Source: Octopus bimaculoides
Taxonomy: Eukaryota
Length of the DNA: 64,000 bases
Assembly: GCF_001194135.2 (NCBI RefSeq)
Contig: NC_068981.1
Location: 158,468,007-158,532,006 of the forward strand
Direction: 5' to 3'
In this document: positions 12,559 through 25,444 of the stretch, piece by piece
Position numbering within the stretch: the first letter of the stretch is position 1
Layout: every line of letters begins with the position of its first letter
Made by a program: the position numbers and the translations under genes
The notes under the pieces: generated by a model
What the model saw: only the letters and a program-made list of their open reading frames with translations
The model's database searches: none
What the model was told of the DNA's origin: nothing

Positions 12559-13596
12559 GTAAGTATTATCGTTGCTCGTTGCATATTATTAGCTTGCTTC
12601 TCAATATTTTGTACTTAAGTAACTCCCTGGAGGTAACTATGAGCTGAACATAATCGAATAAAATCAATAAACTCCTTGTTGAAACCATCCACTTTACTAT
12701 ATATGAGTTAGACTCACCAAACTGTAACCTAAGAGCCCCAGAACATCAATGATCAGGAATAATGAGTTCACGTTTGCCAGTAATCGATAAATAAATCTTA
12801 AGCGGTTGGTAGTCGTAATGGCCAGTAGGTAAAGTATGGCTCTGAAAAGACAGAAACTTTACTGACATACCCAACTGATAGCAAGAGGTATGGTTCTCTT
12901 TAAGTCATGTAACAACGTAGAGAGATTTCTAAAATATTAAGAAAAAGTAAAATTAAAACACGTTGCGTCGTCTACAAATTAACGATATTTTAATATTTTC
13001 AGAAATTAAAGGCTGAATGTATTTGTATGAGGCCAAAGGTACAAACTCTACTGACACACCACGATACCGCGAGAGAGATGGTTCTCTTTAGGCCATATAA
13101 CAATGTATAGAAATTTTTAAATATTAAGAGAAAATAAAATAAAAACATGTTGTAACGTCCATTAATCAGCGATAATTTTAATATTTGCATGAGATTAAGG
13201 TGGTCAGATGGAATCGTGTGTACCTCGAGCAAAATGCTTAGCTGCATTTCGTCTGTCTTTATGTTCTGAGTTCAAATTCCACCGAGGTCGACTTTACCTT
13301 GAATCCTTTCGGAGTCGATAAAATAAGTATCAGCTCGACACTGTGTCGGCGTAATCGATTTACCCCTCCCATGAAATTACTGACCTTATCCCGAATTTTG
13401 AAACCAGTATTTGCATGAGACTAAAGATGAATCTAGCTAGGTATATCAAATGTCGTTTGATGGCTTCAATTCAGCGTCTCTGCCTCACAAGCTCTCTGGC
13501 ATACCAATCTATTTCTTAGCCAATATAACAGTGCCAATTAGTGCATTAATGCAACTTTAATTTCACTTTTACATCTATGTCATTTTGAGATCTCTT

Positions 13597-13775
13597 TTGT
13601 TCAATATTGTTCAATATTTCTAGCAATATGTTCAATATTGTTCAATATTTCTAATAATTTGTTCAATATTTCTAGCAATATTATCTTTTGTTCAATATTT
13701 CTAGCAATATTATCTTTTGTTCAATATTTTGTTCAATATTTCATTTTGTTCAATATTTGTAGCAATATTATTTTT
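13597..13775. repeat. Degenerate minisatellite built on TTGTTCAATATT and CTAGCAATA modules
   Basis: Roughly ten TGTTCAATATT cores interleaved with TTCTAGCAATATT. Confidence 0.8.
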
Positions 13776-14025
13776 TATGTTCCTCTTTAATCCCGTTGTA
13801 TTTGATAAATTTTAACAATCTATTGTTATACATATATACATTAGTGGAGATACCTCGGCATATAGTAAGTAATTCCATGTCTTTGAGTAGGATTGGCATC
13901 ACTTACTTCATTTATTCATATTACTTACATCACACCACCGCAGCGACAGACCAGTAAAAACATTATCTATTCAGTGATTTCACTAAATTCTTTCAATTGA
14001 CATTTCTCTGTTATTTTCTGCTAAG

Positions 14026-14224
14026 GTATAGTACGTACCGTCTGTTGTCAATTGATACTCTCAAGCAGTTCCTTCCCATGACAATCGAGCAACTAGTCAT
14101 CTACGTTAAAGAAACAGTGAGAAGAAACGCCAAAAATCTCCAAGAAACATGGTTGTCAGAATGTGCTTCCATCATCGATAGCCGCAGAGAAGATGTAGAA
14201 GGACGGTTTCTTAAAGACAGAACT
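14026..14224 (+). CDS. DNAH3: Dynein heavy chain exon 8
   Basis: ctgctaag|G...AGAACT|gtaaga; YSTYRLLSID...LQETWLSECASII...KDRT; phase 2 to 0. Confidence 0.85.
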
Positions 14225-15340
14225 GTAAGAACCATTTCTAGGTTTTTACCTCGAAAAATTCTTGGCTTTCTCTCCTCCAAAATCTAAAATTTTTTTTTGT
14301 TTTTTTTTTGTTATAGGACACCATTAAGTGGGTATGGTACTGAATTACAAACTGAAAATATATTTATAGATTTTAGCCAACACTGTGGGTAATATCCAAA
14401 CGTAAACACCTTGCCTTTATATACAATACTTTCGTGGACAGATAAAGAAAGTTCAAACCGAACTCGCTTCAATCCTGTGTTAAGATTTCGTCAACGTCTT
14501 AAACTTAGAAACACTGATTATAAATTATAAATTTAAGAGCTTAAAATCATTGGAGAATCTAATTTGCATATATAAATCATTCTTGACAGCTAATTCGATA
14601 TATGTGTGTGTGTGTGTGTGTGTATGTGTGTGTGTGTGTGTGTATGTGTGTGTGTATGTGTGTGTGTGTGTGTTAATGTATGTATGTATATGAATATGGA
14701 TGTGTATGTATCTATAAATATATTTATTTATATCAAAAGTATTTGCATATGACTCTTACATACAGTGTTCACTAAAAGCAATATATATTATTCTGTGGTA
14801 CAGTATAAGTTAGGCAAAAATGTGTGTGTGTGTTAATATTTCGCTTAGGCATAGCGATACAAATAACCTGGTATTAGAATTCAATATACAAGTGCTTCAG
14901 AAAGAAGCGTAGTCAGGTACAGTGAGTAATAAACAATTAAATAAATGACAAGGGAACAAGAACTCATGAAGTTCGTTATGTAATTTATTGTTCCCATGTC
15001 ATTTATTTAATACATATACACATGCAAATCGGTCTATCCTATACTAATGGGTATATAAGCAATATCACTCGCACAGTTAAGGAATGTATTCAGTCGCTGA
15101 TGAAATCCAGTACAGAGTTCAAACTAGTCAGTCTGATCTGTCTTTATCTATCTACGAAAATATTGTTTATAAAGAAACGGCGCTGGCGTGGCTGTGTGTT
15201 AAGAAGTTTGCTTCCCAACCACATGCTTCTGGCTTAAGTCCCACTGCATGACACCTTAAGTAAGTGTGTTCTGTTATAGCCTCAAGCCGACCAAAGCTTT
15301 GTAAGTGAACTTGGTAGACGGAAACTGCAAGAAGCCTGTC

Positions 15341-15386
<46 letters not shown>

Positions 15387-15673
15387 TTGTCTCTCAACAC
15401 CGTTTGACAACCGGTGTTGGTGTGGTTATGTCTCCATTACTTAGTGGTTCGGTAAAAAGAGACCGATAGAATAAGTACCAAGTTTATAAAAAAATAAATA
15501 CTGAAGTCAATTCATTTAGATAAGACTTTTTCAAGCAATGCCCCGGCATGACCGCAGTCCAAGGACTAAAACAATTGAAAGATATCTGTCTATTACATAC
15601 AGTATTAGCTTAAATCTATACATATATTCTATTAATATAGTTCTATATTTAAGAGATGAGGAATTATGTACAA

Positions 15674-15811
15674 TATTTACATTATTTACATTTGGCGGAT
15701 ATTTGTCCTCATCTTGTTTGTTGTTAACACAAGGTTTCGGCTGGTATACTCTCCCGCCTTCATCAGGTGTCTTGGGGAAACCTAGGTTCTTATTCCTAAG
15801 GTATTTTTCGA

Positions 15812-15852
<41 letters not shown>

Positions 15853-15950
15853 TCACTGCCTGGAATCGAACTCGGAATCATGGGGTTAGTAGCCCGCGCT
15901 CTTAACCTGATGAGGATAACTATCCGTCAAATGTAAATAATGTAAATAAC
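15674..15950. mobile_element. Penelope-like terminal fragment with about 40-bp inverted ends
   Basis: 15674-15713 is the reverse complement of 15909-15948 with few mismatches; minus strand carries CTGATGAAGGC...GCCGAAAC. Confidence 0.55.
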
Positions 15951-16524
15951 GTATATATTCTATTGTATTGTACAGCATTAGTAATTTACAAGCATACAGG
16001 TCTTAAATTCTCGTTACTACAAGCAAATCTTTCTATATTTGTGAAGATCATTTTAATTGTATGCACCCCAGCTCTTGGAAATGTTTTCTAGATTAACCTA
16101 CGGTGCCGTCGGCTATATATTGGCATCTCAGCCACACAGGCTCGGGTGCACTCCCTAAAATGTCTCTGTTCAGTGAAAACGCTATGGACATCCTCCAGAA
16201 AAACTGGGTTTGCACCCACTAAGCAAATTTCGTTCACGCACTTATGTTTATCCAGGTAGGTACAGAATTAGGATTGCAGTGGAAGTTGGAGTTAGAGATG
16301 TGTGGAAAATAGCGTGATGAAGAAGTTATTTAAAATAGTAAGTGAAGTTTAAGGACTTTAAGCAGGGTATGAAGTGGACATTGAAGGAGAAATGGAAATG
16401 TATCTACATTGGTATGTGAGACGTGGAACAGAGAAAAGAATTTAGTGAAGGCAAGAGTGAAGTGATTGAAGAGTGGGATAGAAGGACGACTTAACTAATA
16501 TCTGAAAATCGTTTTATATCACAG

Positions 16525-16731
16525 GATAGTCGACTTGATTACATGGACAAATTCTTCTCAAGTGTTGCCTCTCTGATGTCGAACCTTCTTCGAACATGTG
16601 TCCAGGATTCACTATCAGAGTTGTTGACTTTGATAGAATGTTATATGGATGGCAATGATTACAGTGGAGAGTACAATATTATGACTGGACTCGGACTTCC
16701 TACAAAAATGCACGTGCTAAAAATATCTCTG
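16525..16731 (+). CDS. DNAH3: Dynein heavy chain exon 9
   Basis: cacag|GAT...CTG|gtaaat; DKFFSSVASLMSNLLR...DGNDY, like DNAH3 YFASVASFMSLQLR...DGNDF. Confidence 0.9.
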
Positions 16732-16914
16732 GTAAATATTTGTTTGTTGGCATGTTTTATAGATTTTGCTTTCCTTAACCCTACTCTAACATCAACTTTC
16801 AAAATCTTCATTTTTTAATTTTTTTTATAGTATTCTAACTTGCTAGGATTAATTAGTAATATTTCATTTCAAATCTTATTGAAAATAGCTCACCCTTGAC
16901 TTGTATATTTTTAG

Positions 16915-17168
16915 AATACTGATGTCCCGAATGTGTCAACCATATTTGAGCCGTCTTTCGATGTGATACAACACCATCTTTCTGATATTGTCGATGTTAT
17001 TGTCACCAGTACGAGCCATTTCCCTTGTATTGAACATTGTTTGTTCCATTCTGTTGAGAATCTTCCAACAAATTATATCAGATCAGTCGGTCAAAATGAA
17101 CAACTAGTTTTGAATACGAAACAGAAGATACAAAACGTCGTCAATAAAAATTCATGTGGACCAACCAG
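16915..17168 (+). CDS. DNAH3: Dynein heavy chain exon 10
   Basis: tttttag|AAT...ACCAG|gtgatg; IFEPSFD...VVNKNSCGPT; phase 0 to 2. Confidence 0.88.
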
Positions 17169-17594
17169 GTGATGTACTTAGACAATGAACTTCTTTTAGT
17201 ATTCGTTAGAGTATTTTATTGAATGTAATGTATGTATCTGTGTACATTCGTGCCCCTGCACATACATACATACATACATACATACTGTTGTGGCGAGAGT
17301 ATGACACCCTCTGACGAAAACAGACGGGACCACTACATATAAATAGCAGCGGTCTGACGTAGTCGGCAAAGACACTACAGAGACAGACAGAAGAAGACAC
17401 AGAGTGGGAGCACGTGAGGAGAAAAAAGAGAAAAAGAAAAGGCTCAAACCACGCCCTCACAGATACACCTGCACATTCACAACCCAACCAAACATCCACG
17501 CAAATACTCACACAGTCATACACAACATCGCAAACACACGCAGGCACTCAAAAACACATACCCACACAAACACAGCCACAGAATACACAGACCA

Positions 17595-17807
17595 AAGTGG
17601 CGAGCTGGCAGAAACGTTAGCACGCAGGACGAAATGCTTAGCGGTATTTCGTCTGAGTTCAAATTCCGCCGAGGTCGACTTTGCCTTTCATCCTTTCGGG
17701 GTCGATAAATTAAGTACCAGCTACGCAGTGGAGTCGATGTAATCGACTTAATCTCTTTGTCTGTCCTTGTTTGTCCCCTCTATGTTTAGCCCCTTGTGGG
17801 CAATAAA
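17595..17807 (+). mobile_element. SINE family A copy with alternative 3' tail (...CCTTGTGGGCAATAAA)
   Basis: Body near-identical to other family A copies, but ends in a tail shared with the Tx1-like LINE at 7388-8360. Confidence 0.85.
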
Positions 17808-18149
17808 TAATAAGAATATACAGACCCCAATCTTCCCACCCCACACGGCCATAATGGCTATTAATAACAATTTTTTTTTTTAAATGATAGCAAAACAGGA
17901 AATGACAAAGACATTCAAACCACCAGATAACACAGACTCCAGAAAACATCGAACTTCTCATATTATACAGAGAAAATTATAGCTACATAAAAAAAGCTTA
18001 CCCGAGAGACGTTGGTCCTTGGGTGGAAAATTTCTCTGAAAATATGTACAAAGAACTGACAATCAACCCACCAACCACTGCTGAAACGGTTGAGAAAGGA
18101 CCTACTTTCCAGCCGGAACACATTTAAAAAAAAATAAAAGCAAGCACCA

Positions 18150-19612
18150 ATTATGTACTCGCTTAATTTCGGATGTATAAATGTGCGTGACCTGAGATCG
18201 GATTGGAAGCAAGCTTGCCTCCTAGATGATCTCGAGTCACATCGGTTAGATGTAATAGCTCTTACTGAGACCAGACTGAGGAGTCTGCAGGACTTTGTCT
18301 CGCTCCTTAACGACTACGAGAAAGTCAACCGGGGGATGTGAGGTGGGTGTAGTTCTACTCAGGAAGGTGCTCAAACTAGAAACTAGAACAATCTTTGTCG
18401 ATCCGGAAGGCAGGCTGGTCGTCCTAGATGTGACACTCAGTTGTGGTAAGGCCTTCAGGTTGGTGGCGGTCTATGCCCCGGATTGGTGGACAGGACAGCC
18501 TGACTTCTTCAAGAACCTGGAAAAGTTTCTGGGTATGTCATATACGTCAGTGGCGTTAGGCGACTTCAACGCAATCTGCGATGCACGCGTAGATTACGCT
18601 GCCTCGAATCGTTTTAGGAAGGTAAGCTTTTGCCTCAACGATCTGCTCAGATCGATACAGACTAGATCACCCGGATGTTCCACAGTGGACATGGTCAAGA
18701 AACGATGGGTCATCTAGATCTTACCAAGACAGAATATTAATTAGGAGTGAGGACAAGAGTGTAGCTAGTTGTCCACAATTAACCATTGAAATCTACAGTG
18801 ATCACAAACTGGTGACCTGTAAGCTGAACGTATATAGTATGACTAGACAGGAATCCGGCTACTGCAAGCTAAACAAGTCTCTACTAACCTGTGAAGCCTA
18901 CAGGCGCCTACAGTTAGTGATGAGGGTATTGACAGAGATCATTCTTAACAACAAATGATGGTATGCCCTCAAAAGCGCCACAAAAAAAGAGTCAATTAGG
19001 TTTTGTAGAGAGTTAGCAAAGAATAGAAATTGTATAGAAGGTAACTTAGTTAACGCATTAGAGGAGGCAATGAGATCTGGCTCTGCTTCTCGAGTGTTGA
19101 CCGCGAGAATGGCGCTCAGCCATCACCTCAAGGCTAAACACGAGGGCCGCAGAGTAAGAGCTAAGATACGTGCAATGAGCTAAGAGGGTATCAACACCGC
19201 TGGATGGGCTCGTGTGGTAGAATCTCAGCGTGGTAATAATGTCACATTAAGGTCTTTGACGAACCAACAGCGGCAAACGGTATTTGAACCTGAGGAGATG
19301 TGTAGGGCCTTACACGAACATTTCACCGGACTGTTTTTGGGGAGCGATGGGCTGGAACGCAGAAAGGACCTCACGGACTTCCTCGCCGGTCTACCGCACT
19401 CCTCGCAGAGGGAGGTGGAGCGCTGTGAAGGGCCGATCACAGCTACGGAAGTGGAGAAGGCATTGTCGGAGTGTGGCGGGGACAAGTTGCCGGGTCGTGA
19501 TGGTCTCCCCTATGGATTATATTATATTATGCCAGACTTGTTTGGACACCTGCTGGCCTGTGTCTTCAATAACTGGCAGCAGAACGGGAGTATTCCTGCA
19601 TCTGTGAGCCTT
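18150..19612 (+). mobile_element. Degenerate Tx1/L1-clade LINE ORF2 (APE endonuclease plus start of RT)
   Basis: CINVRDL...DVIALTETRL, FRLVAVYAP, LGDFNA, and KLPGRDGLPY..Y...PDLFGHLLA.VFNNWQQNGSIP; frameshifts and stops; ends at (TA)n and a gap. Confidence 0.88.
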
Positions 19613-20613
19613 TTATATATATATANNNNNNNNNNGAAATCAACCAAAGGCAGATCAGGTTAATACTATCTCCTAGCGTACATTTAAGTATTTGGACTCA
19701 CGTGGACCGGTTTCTGCACTGGCAAAAATAGCCTCGGCTTCTTCAGCACGCGGTACCATGATGGAGACCCCCAGCCTATCGTTTTGAAGTCTATATATGC
19801 ATACATACATACATACATACATACATACAAACATACATACATNNNNNNNNNNTGCTAAGATATTATTAATTTTGTTATTATCTAGTATGACTATTTTAAA
19901 AAATGATAATAACAGAATCAATGATATAGGCGATTGCAGGCTCCAAAAAAGCATTAAACAGCTGAAGGATTAAAATCAACCAAAGAACATACTATGTATG
20001 TCTACCTACTGGAAATAACAGTCAAAACTCTTATTTAAATCGCCAAAATACACTGATGATAACTACAGAAATCAACCAAAGGCAGATCAGGTTAATACTA
20101 TCTCCTAGCGTACATTTAAGTATTTGGACTCACGTGGACCGGTTTCTGCACTGGCAAAAATAGCCTCGGCTTCTTCAGCACGCGGTACCATGATGGAGAC
20201 CCCCAGCCTATCGTTTTGAAGTCTATATATGCATACATACATACATACATACATACATACAAACATACATACATATGTGTACATTCATACATACGTAACA
20301 GCTATATATAAAAGAATTTTAATACGAGAAGATAAAATGAACATGCTTTAGTACAAATCACTACAAATGTTTCGGTGCATCATTATCAGCTGGTAATTGC
20401 TGAATGTTACATGTATGATATAAGTTATTACACTAATATGATCCAACACTAGCTGTATACATACGCGTCTTCAGGTTAGTAGGGTCCAAAACATACGCAC
20501 TCACACATATATATGAGTGTTTGTACATATATGCACACACACACACACACATATATATAGGCATGTATGTATATCCTTACTCCTCTATTCTACCTGTGGC
20601 TTCTGTTTTACAG

Positions 20614-20818
20614 GTACTTGAGTACATATACTCCCTTCTACTATCTCATTGACACAAAGACGAGTGATTGGACGAATCAATTCATTAATGAAGATCACTC
20701 CCTACAAGAATACTCCGATATCTTGGACAACATTCTAAGATTACGTAAACAGGTATTCCTGCTGCCTACCATAATGCCAATGAATATGTTTCTACTGGAA
20801 GCTGATCAAATTAACCAG
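20614..20818 (+). CDS. DNAH3: Dynein heavy chain exon 11
   Basis: tttacag|G...AACCAG|gtatat; YLSTYTPFYYLID...MNMFLLEADQINQ; phase 2 to 0. Confidence 0.88.
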
Positions 20819-20939
20819 GTATATTCTACTCTTCCTTGTATTCCATTCTTGTTTGTATCTTGTGTATTCTATTTGTCTGTACTTCATAATGTACTTCAAA
20901 ATCGATGACTTAAGGAAGCCGAGGATGATGCACGGCAAT

Positions 20940-21810
20940 TTGAGTTTTAATTGATAGATAATCTTGTGGTACCTGTTTCTTGTCCGAGTATTGCTAGTGG
21001 TTGCTTTCTTTGTGAGTTTTTCCCTCGCTCTTTGAGTGATTTTAGTTTTAATTATGCTGGTGCCTACTCAATTTCTTCTCCCTGTAAATATCATGAAGGG
21101 GTTTAGTTGCCAGCCATCCCACAATAAGACAGAACATAGAGTTTTTGATTGTTTGTTTCGTTTTCATTAGATCGGTTTGGATTAAGGGGCTCTGCCATGG
21201 GCTATTCAGTCTCTCCTAAACCAATGAGATCGATGTGGCTATGGTATAACTTTAACACTTGCAAGTCGACGATTACAAAAGAAATAAATATGCAAGCAGA
21301 GAATTCTAGAGGATCGACGCTTCTAGAAAAAGAGGACTGAGCAGGGCGATTAGTGTGGGATTTTGGATGGTAGACACAATATGGGTGAATAGGGGAGGAC
21401 TGAAATGTGAGAGTTCGTCTGTGGGCTAGTAACTGAACTGTGTGGCTTTATACCAACTTTGTACCACCCACTTGAGTGACTTTCCTTAAGATGCGTTCGA
21501 GGATGTGCGGGTGTGTTTTTATAGCAGCAGCATTACTCCATATATGAGAGTAGTACTATGTTGTCAGCTTACACGAACATTGTAGAAAGTTAGTAATTGC
21601 TAAAGGCTGAAGCTATTCTAGGAGCGCGTTCTGCCTCATCTTCGAAACGCCTAGTTTAGAATAGAGGCAGCTGATGAAGGAAAAGTTCCATAAGTGGCTT
21701 GTGTGTTTTCCTATGTGTTCATTCTGTTGTCCGTAAAAAAAAGTCCGTTTTTTGTGCTTTGCTTATGTTCCTGTTCCTTCTTTTTTGACGTCCTGTACCC
21801 GGATATGCAT
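20940..21810. mobile_element. Unclassified repeat relic, possibly Penelope-like
   Basis: TCGAAACG and CTGATGAAGG motifs at 21642-21680, followed by a T-rich tail and TA microsatellite; no intact ORF. Confidence 0.35.
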
Positions 21811-21886
21811 CTATATATACATGTAGATGTAGGTATGTACATATATGTATGTATACATGCATATGCTCATATATCATTTGTATTAT

Positions 21887-21928
<42 letters not shown>

Positions 21929-22761
21929 NNNNNNNNNNNNNNNNNNNNNNNNNNNNNNNNNNNNNNNNNNNNNNNNNNNNGAATGCTTAGCAATATTTCT
22001 TCCGGCTTTACGCTCTGAGTTCAAATTCTGCCAAAATCGACTTTGCCTTTCATCCTTTTGGGGTCGATAAAGTAAGTACCAGTTGAGCATTGTGGTCAAT
22101 GCAATCAACTAGTCCCTTCCCCCAAAATATCAGGCCTAAAGTAAAAAGAAATGTATATGTAGATATATATTTCAAGTTATCTCTACACATTTTCAATAGA
22201 ACCTACAGCCACCACTGGAAGTTAACGACGCTCGAATACATTGTTTTTTGTTTTTTTTTGTTAGTATTCTAATCACTGGAAAATGTAAACTTTAATGACC
22301 TTTGACTCAGTGGCCAGCTCGTTGACTTTATTTATGCTGACATTTCATATACAAACCCTAACAACTATTTCTTAACATTTTCAGCGAAAAGTTACCTAAA
22401 TCATCAAGACTGCATTTAAAATCGTTCACAGATAGATTCTGTTACACGTATATGAAGTCAGAACACGATACAAATGTAATATACCATGCCGTAAATAACT
22501 ACCGCAGTGAAACAGAAAAGACTGGTTGCACTCACTGAAAGTCAGTTCAAATTAACTTTGGCGAAATTTATGGCTCAAGCTTGACAAGTCTTGCTACTTT
22601 CAATGAGAAACGGCAGTTCCATTATATTTACGGAACAGAAAAATAATGTTTATAGCTTAATTTAAATATAGATTTAGGAATAAATACGACTATTTTTAAT
22701 TTCAATTCTTAGGCTGATATTGTTTAGTTTAGTATATTATCCACTGAAATTTTGCGAGTGC

Positions 22762-22810
<49 letters not shown>

Positions 22811-23574
22811 TGCGTGTGCGTGTGCACATGCGAAAATATGTATGTGGATGTGAGTGTACAACCAGATACATACAGTAGGATTTTACATGTATGCAGTAAG
22901 GTCTTACATGTATAACTGTGGTTATCAATGCAGTTAGTGGATTAGACAACTAAATTCTGAAAGAGATAACTCTAGTACGATCAACCAATCGATGTCTCTG
23001 AAATTAAGGTCGCCGCAGATGGACGTCGATCATGTCTTTAAAACTGGTGAAAAAGCAACATACATGTTTTGGTATTATTAGTCCTCCTCAGTGACGCATA
23101 TCGTTCTCAGTTGGCAAAACTTAAAACTAGGGGAAATAAAACTGCACATCTTCAAATTTTACGTGAATGCTTAGCCTGACAGATTGCCTCAGCAAGCTAA
23201 AGTAAGTGGGACCAGTTATAGTACTGTCAAAGAATGGTCCAATTAATCATTTTCCTCATAAGTAGCACTGTTAAGTAACTCCTGATGAAATAACATGGTA
23301 TTCCTCCGCAATGTGCCAATTTTTAAGCCCTCAATAGTAGCAATTGTGGAGGTTGATTAAGGCGACGAGCTGGTAGAATCGTTAGCACACCGAGCGAAAT
23401 GCTTAGCGGTATTTCGTGTGTCTTTACGTTCTCAGTTCAAATTCAGCTGAGGTTGACTTTGCCTTTCATCCTTTCAGGGTCGATAAATTGAGTACCAGTT
23501 GCTTACTGGGGTCGATCTAATCGACTGGCCCCTCCCCCAAAATTTCGAACATTCTACCTAGAGTAGAAAAGAAT

Positions 23575-23895
23575 TGTGGAAGTTCATTTGGCCACTCAGT
23601 TTAAATGTAGCCTCACCACAACGAAGAATCTTCGTAGAAGAGTGTACATCGTCTACACATCTTTCCCGGTACCACTTGCAAAATTCCACTCTTCGGTCCA
23701 GAACATCTTACTGAGAGCATGAGCCATTCTTCGATGACAGCACTTGAAAATGTGATTATCACCTGATAATCCACTTGCCGCACAAATTTTCTGACAATAC
23801 GTTTCTCGTACCCTTTCTTGCTTGGTGGGGCTCGTAGATGTCAGCGGTCTTCCGGAACGTTTCTTGTGGACATTCTGAACAGTTTCATCGGTCAA
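23575..23895 (-). mobile_element. Tc1/mariner-superfamily transposase relic
   Basis: Minus strand ...KRSGRPLTSTSP..QERV... and ...GEATFKLSGQMNFHN, like WSDEATF.L.G.VN.HN. Confidence 0.65.
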
Positions 23896-23910
23896 ACCTA
23901 GCTCTAATTT

Positions 23911-24065
23911 GATGGATGGATGGATGGATGGATGGATGGATGTATGTATGTATGTATGTATGGATGGATGGATGGATGGATGGATGGATGGATGCATGCA
24001 TGCATGAACTGTCATCTTTTACAGCTTTTCATCAACCACGCTGATTATTTTGTGAATATGCGTGA

Positions 24066-24144
<79 letters not shown>

Positions 24145-24165
24145 TGTGTGTGTGTGTGTGTGTAT
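23911..24165. repeat. Compound microsatellites (GATG)n/(ATGT)n/(AG)n/(TG)n
   Basis: Read directly; similar arrays at about 11990-12240, 14600-14680, 22765-22830, 25355-25443, 26475-26545, 27840-28080, 34280-34375, 37440-37520, 60628-60670. Confidence 0.95.
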
Positions 24166-24585
24166 GAAAAGAAATAGAAGAACGCATTGAAATTAAAATC
24201 TGGAGACAATGGAATCTTAAATATGTCCGATGCCCTTATAATGACTCACTGTTATATAGGTGGAACTGCTTGAAACTCTTTCATAAATTGGCTTTGCACT
24301 TCGACTGCGTTTACAAACTTCCTATAAAACTTAATGATAAATTTATTTTATTCAAAATTTAGTTTGGTCCCTTTCATTGTTTCTTAAGGGTTTAAATCTA
24401 AAAAGAAATGAAAACTGATCTATTAGCTGTTAAAATGTGTATACATTTTGGGGGAAACATTTTACGGTGAGATTCTTCGTAACATGTATATATGTATATG
24501 TGTATATATATATATACATATATGTGTGCAATGTATGTATGTATGTATGTATGTATGTACTAATTTTTCCTCTTTTCTTTGACAG

Positions 24586-24789
24586 CTTCTCATCAACCAA
24601 GCTGATTATTTAGTGACCACATTGTGCAATAAAGTGATAAGTAACAGTCAGCTTTTCTATCGCTCCATCTGTAAACAGTACGATCAGATAGTAGAAACTA
24701 TCACAAGACACGTGACCACTACCTCGGAACTTGTGGCTTTACAGAAGTACATTGATGGGCTCAGCTGTGGTGAGCTGTTAGCACTGAAA
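24586..24789 (+). CDS. DNAH3: Dynein heavy chain exon 12
   Basis: ttgacag|CTT...AAA|gtaagt; ...SICKQYDQI...TTSELVALQKYI..., like SICNQYSHI...NTKELVSL. Confidence 0.9.
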
Positions 24790-25374
24790 GTAAGTTCACA
24801 CTACTGTTTTACCGCTTTTTATTTGAGTCGATTGATACGTTCCCCTTTCATTGTCTTCTTCATATTCTACAAGAAAGAAATGTATTTTTATTTTACGAGC
24901 TTCAACTACATTTAAGGAAAACCCTCTTTACTTCTTTGCAATGTAGCAAAAACGAATCGCAAAATCTAGCCTTCGATAATGTGACAATGCAAATAACTGT
25001 TTCTAATTTAGACACAATGCTAACATGTTTTAAGAATAGAGGATAGAGGGGTAGTTGATACCGTCAATTCCAGTACTTGAGTACTGGAGTCAATGTAATT
25101 GACTATCCCCTCTTCCAAAATTTCAAGCTTTATGCTATGGTAGAAAGGCGAGCTGACAGAACCGCTAGTACACCAGGGAAAATGCTTAACAGCATTTCGT
25201 CCGTCTTCACGTTCTGAGTTCGAATTTCGGTGAGGTCGACTTTGCTTTTCATCCTTTTGGGGTCGATAAAATAAGCGCCTGTTTAGTACTGGGGTCGATG
25301 TAATCGTCTATCCCCTTCCCTAAAATTTCAGGCGTTTTGTCTATAGTAGAAAGGATTATTATTATTATTATTGC

Positions 25375-25443
<69 letters not shown>

Positions 25444-25444
<1 letters not shown>

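Noticed and set aside
19636-19842. 207-bp segment identical to 20068-20274
   Set aside because: The first copy is a tiny contig bounded by N-gaps on both sides and is identical to the second; most likely a scaffolding artefact.
20819-20828. U12-type intron (GTATAT donor; also GTATTC at 61751)
   Set aside because: Neither matches RTATCCTT, and I saw no U12 branch site.
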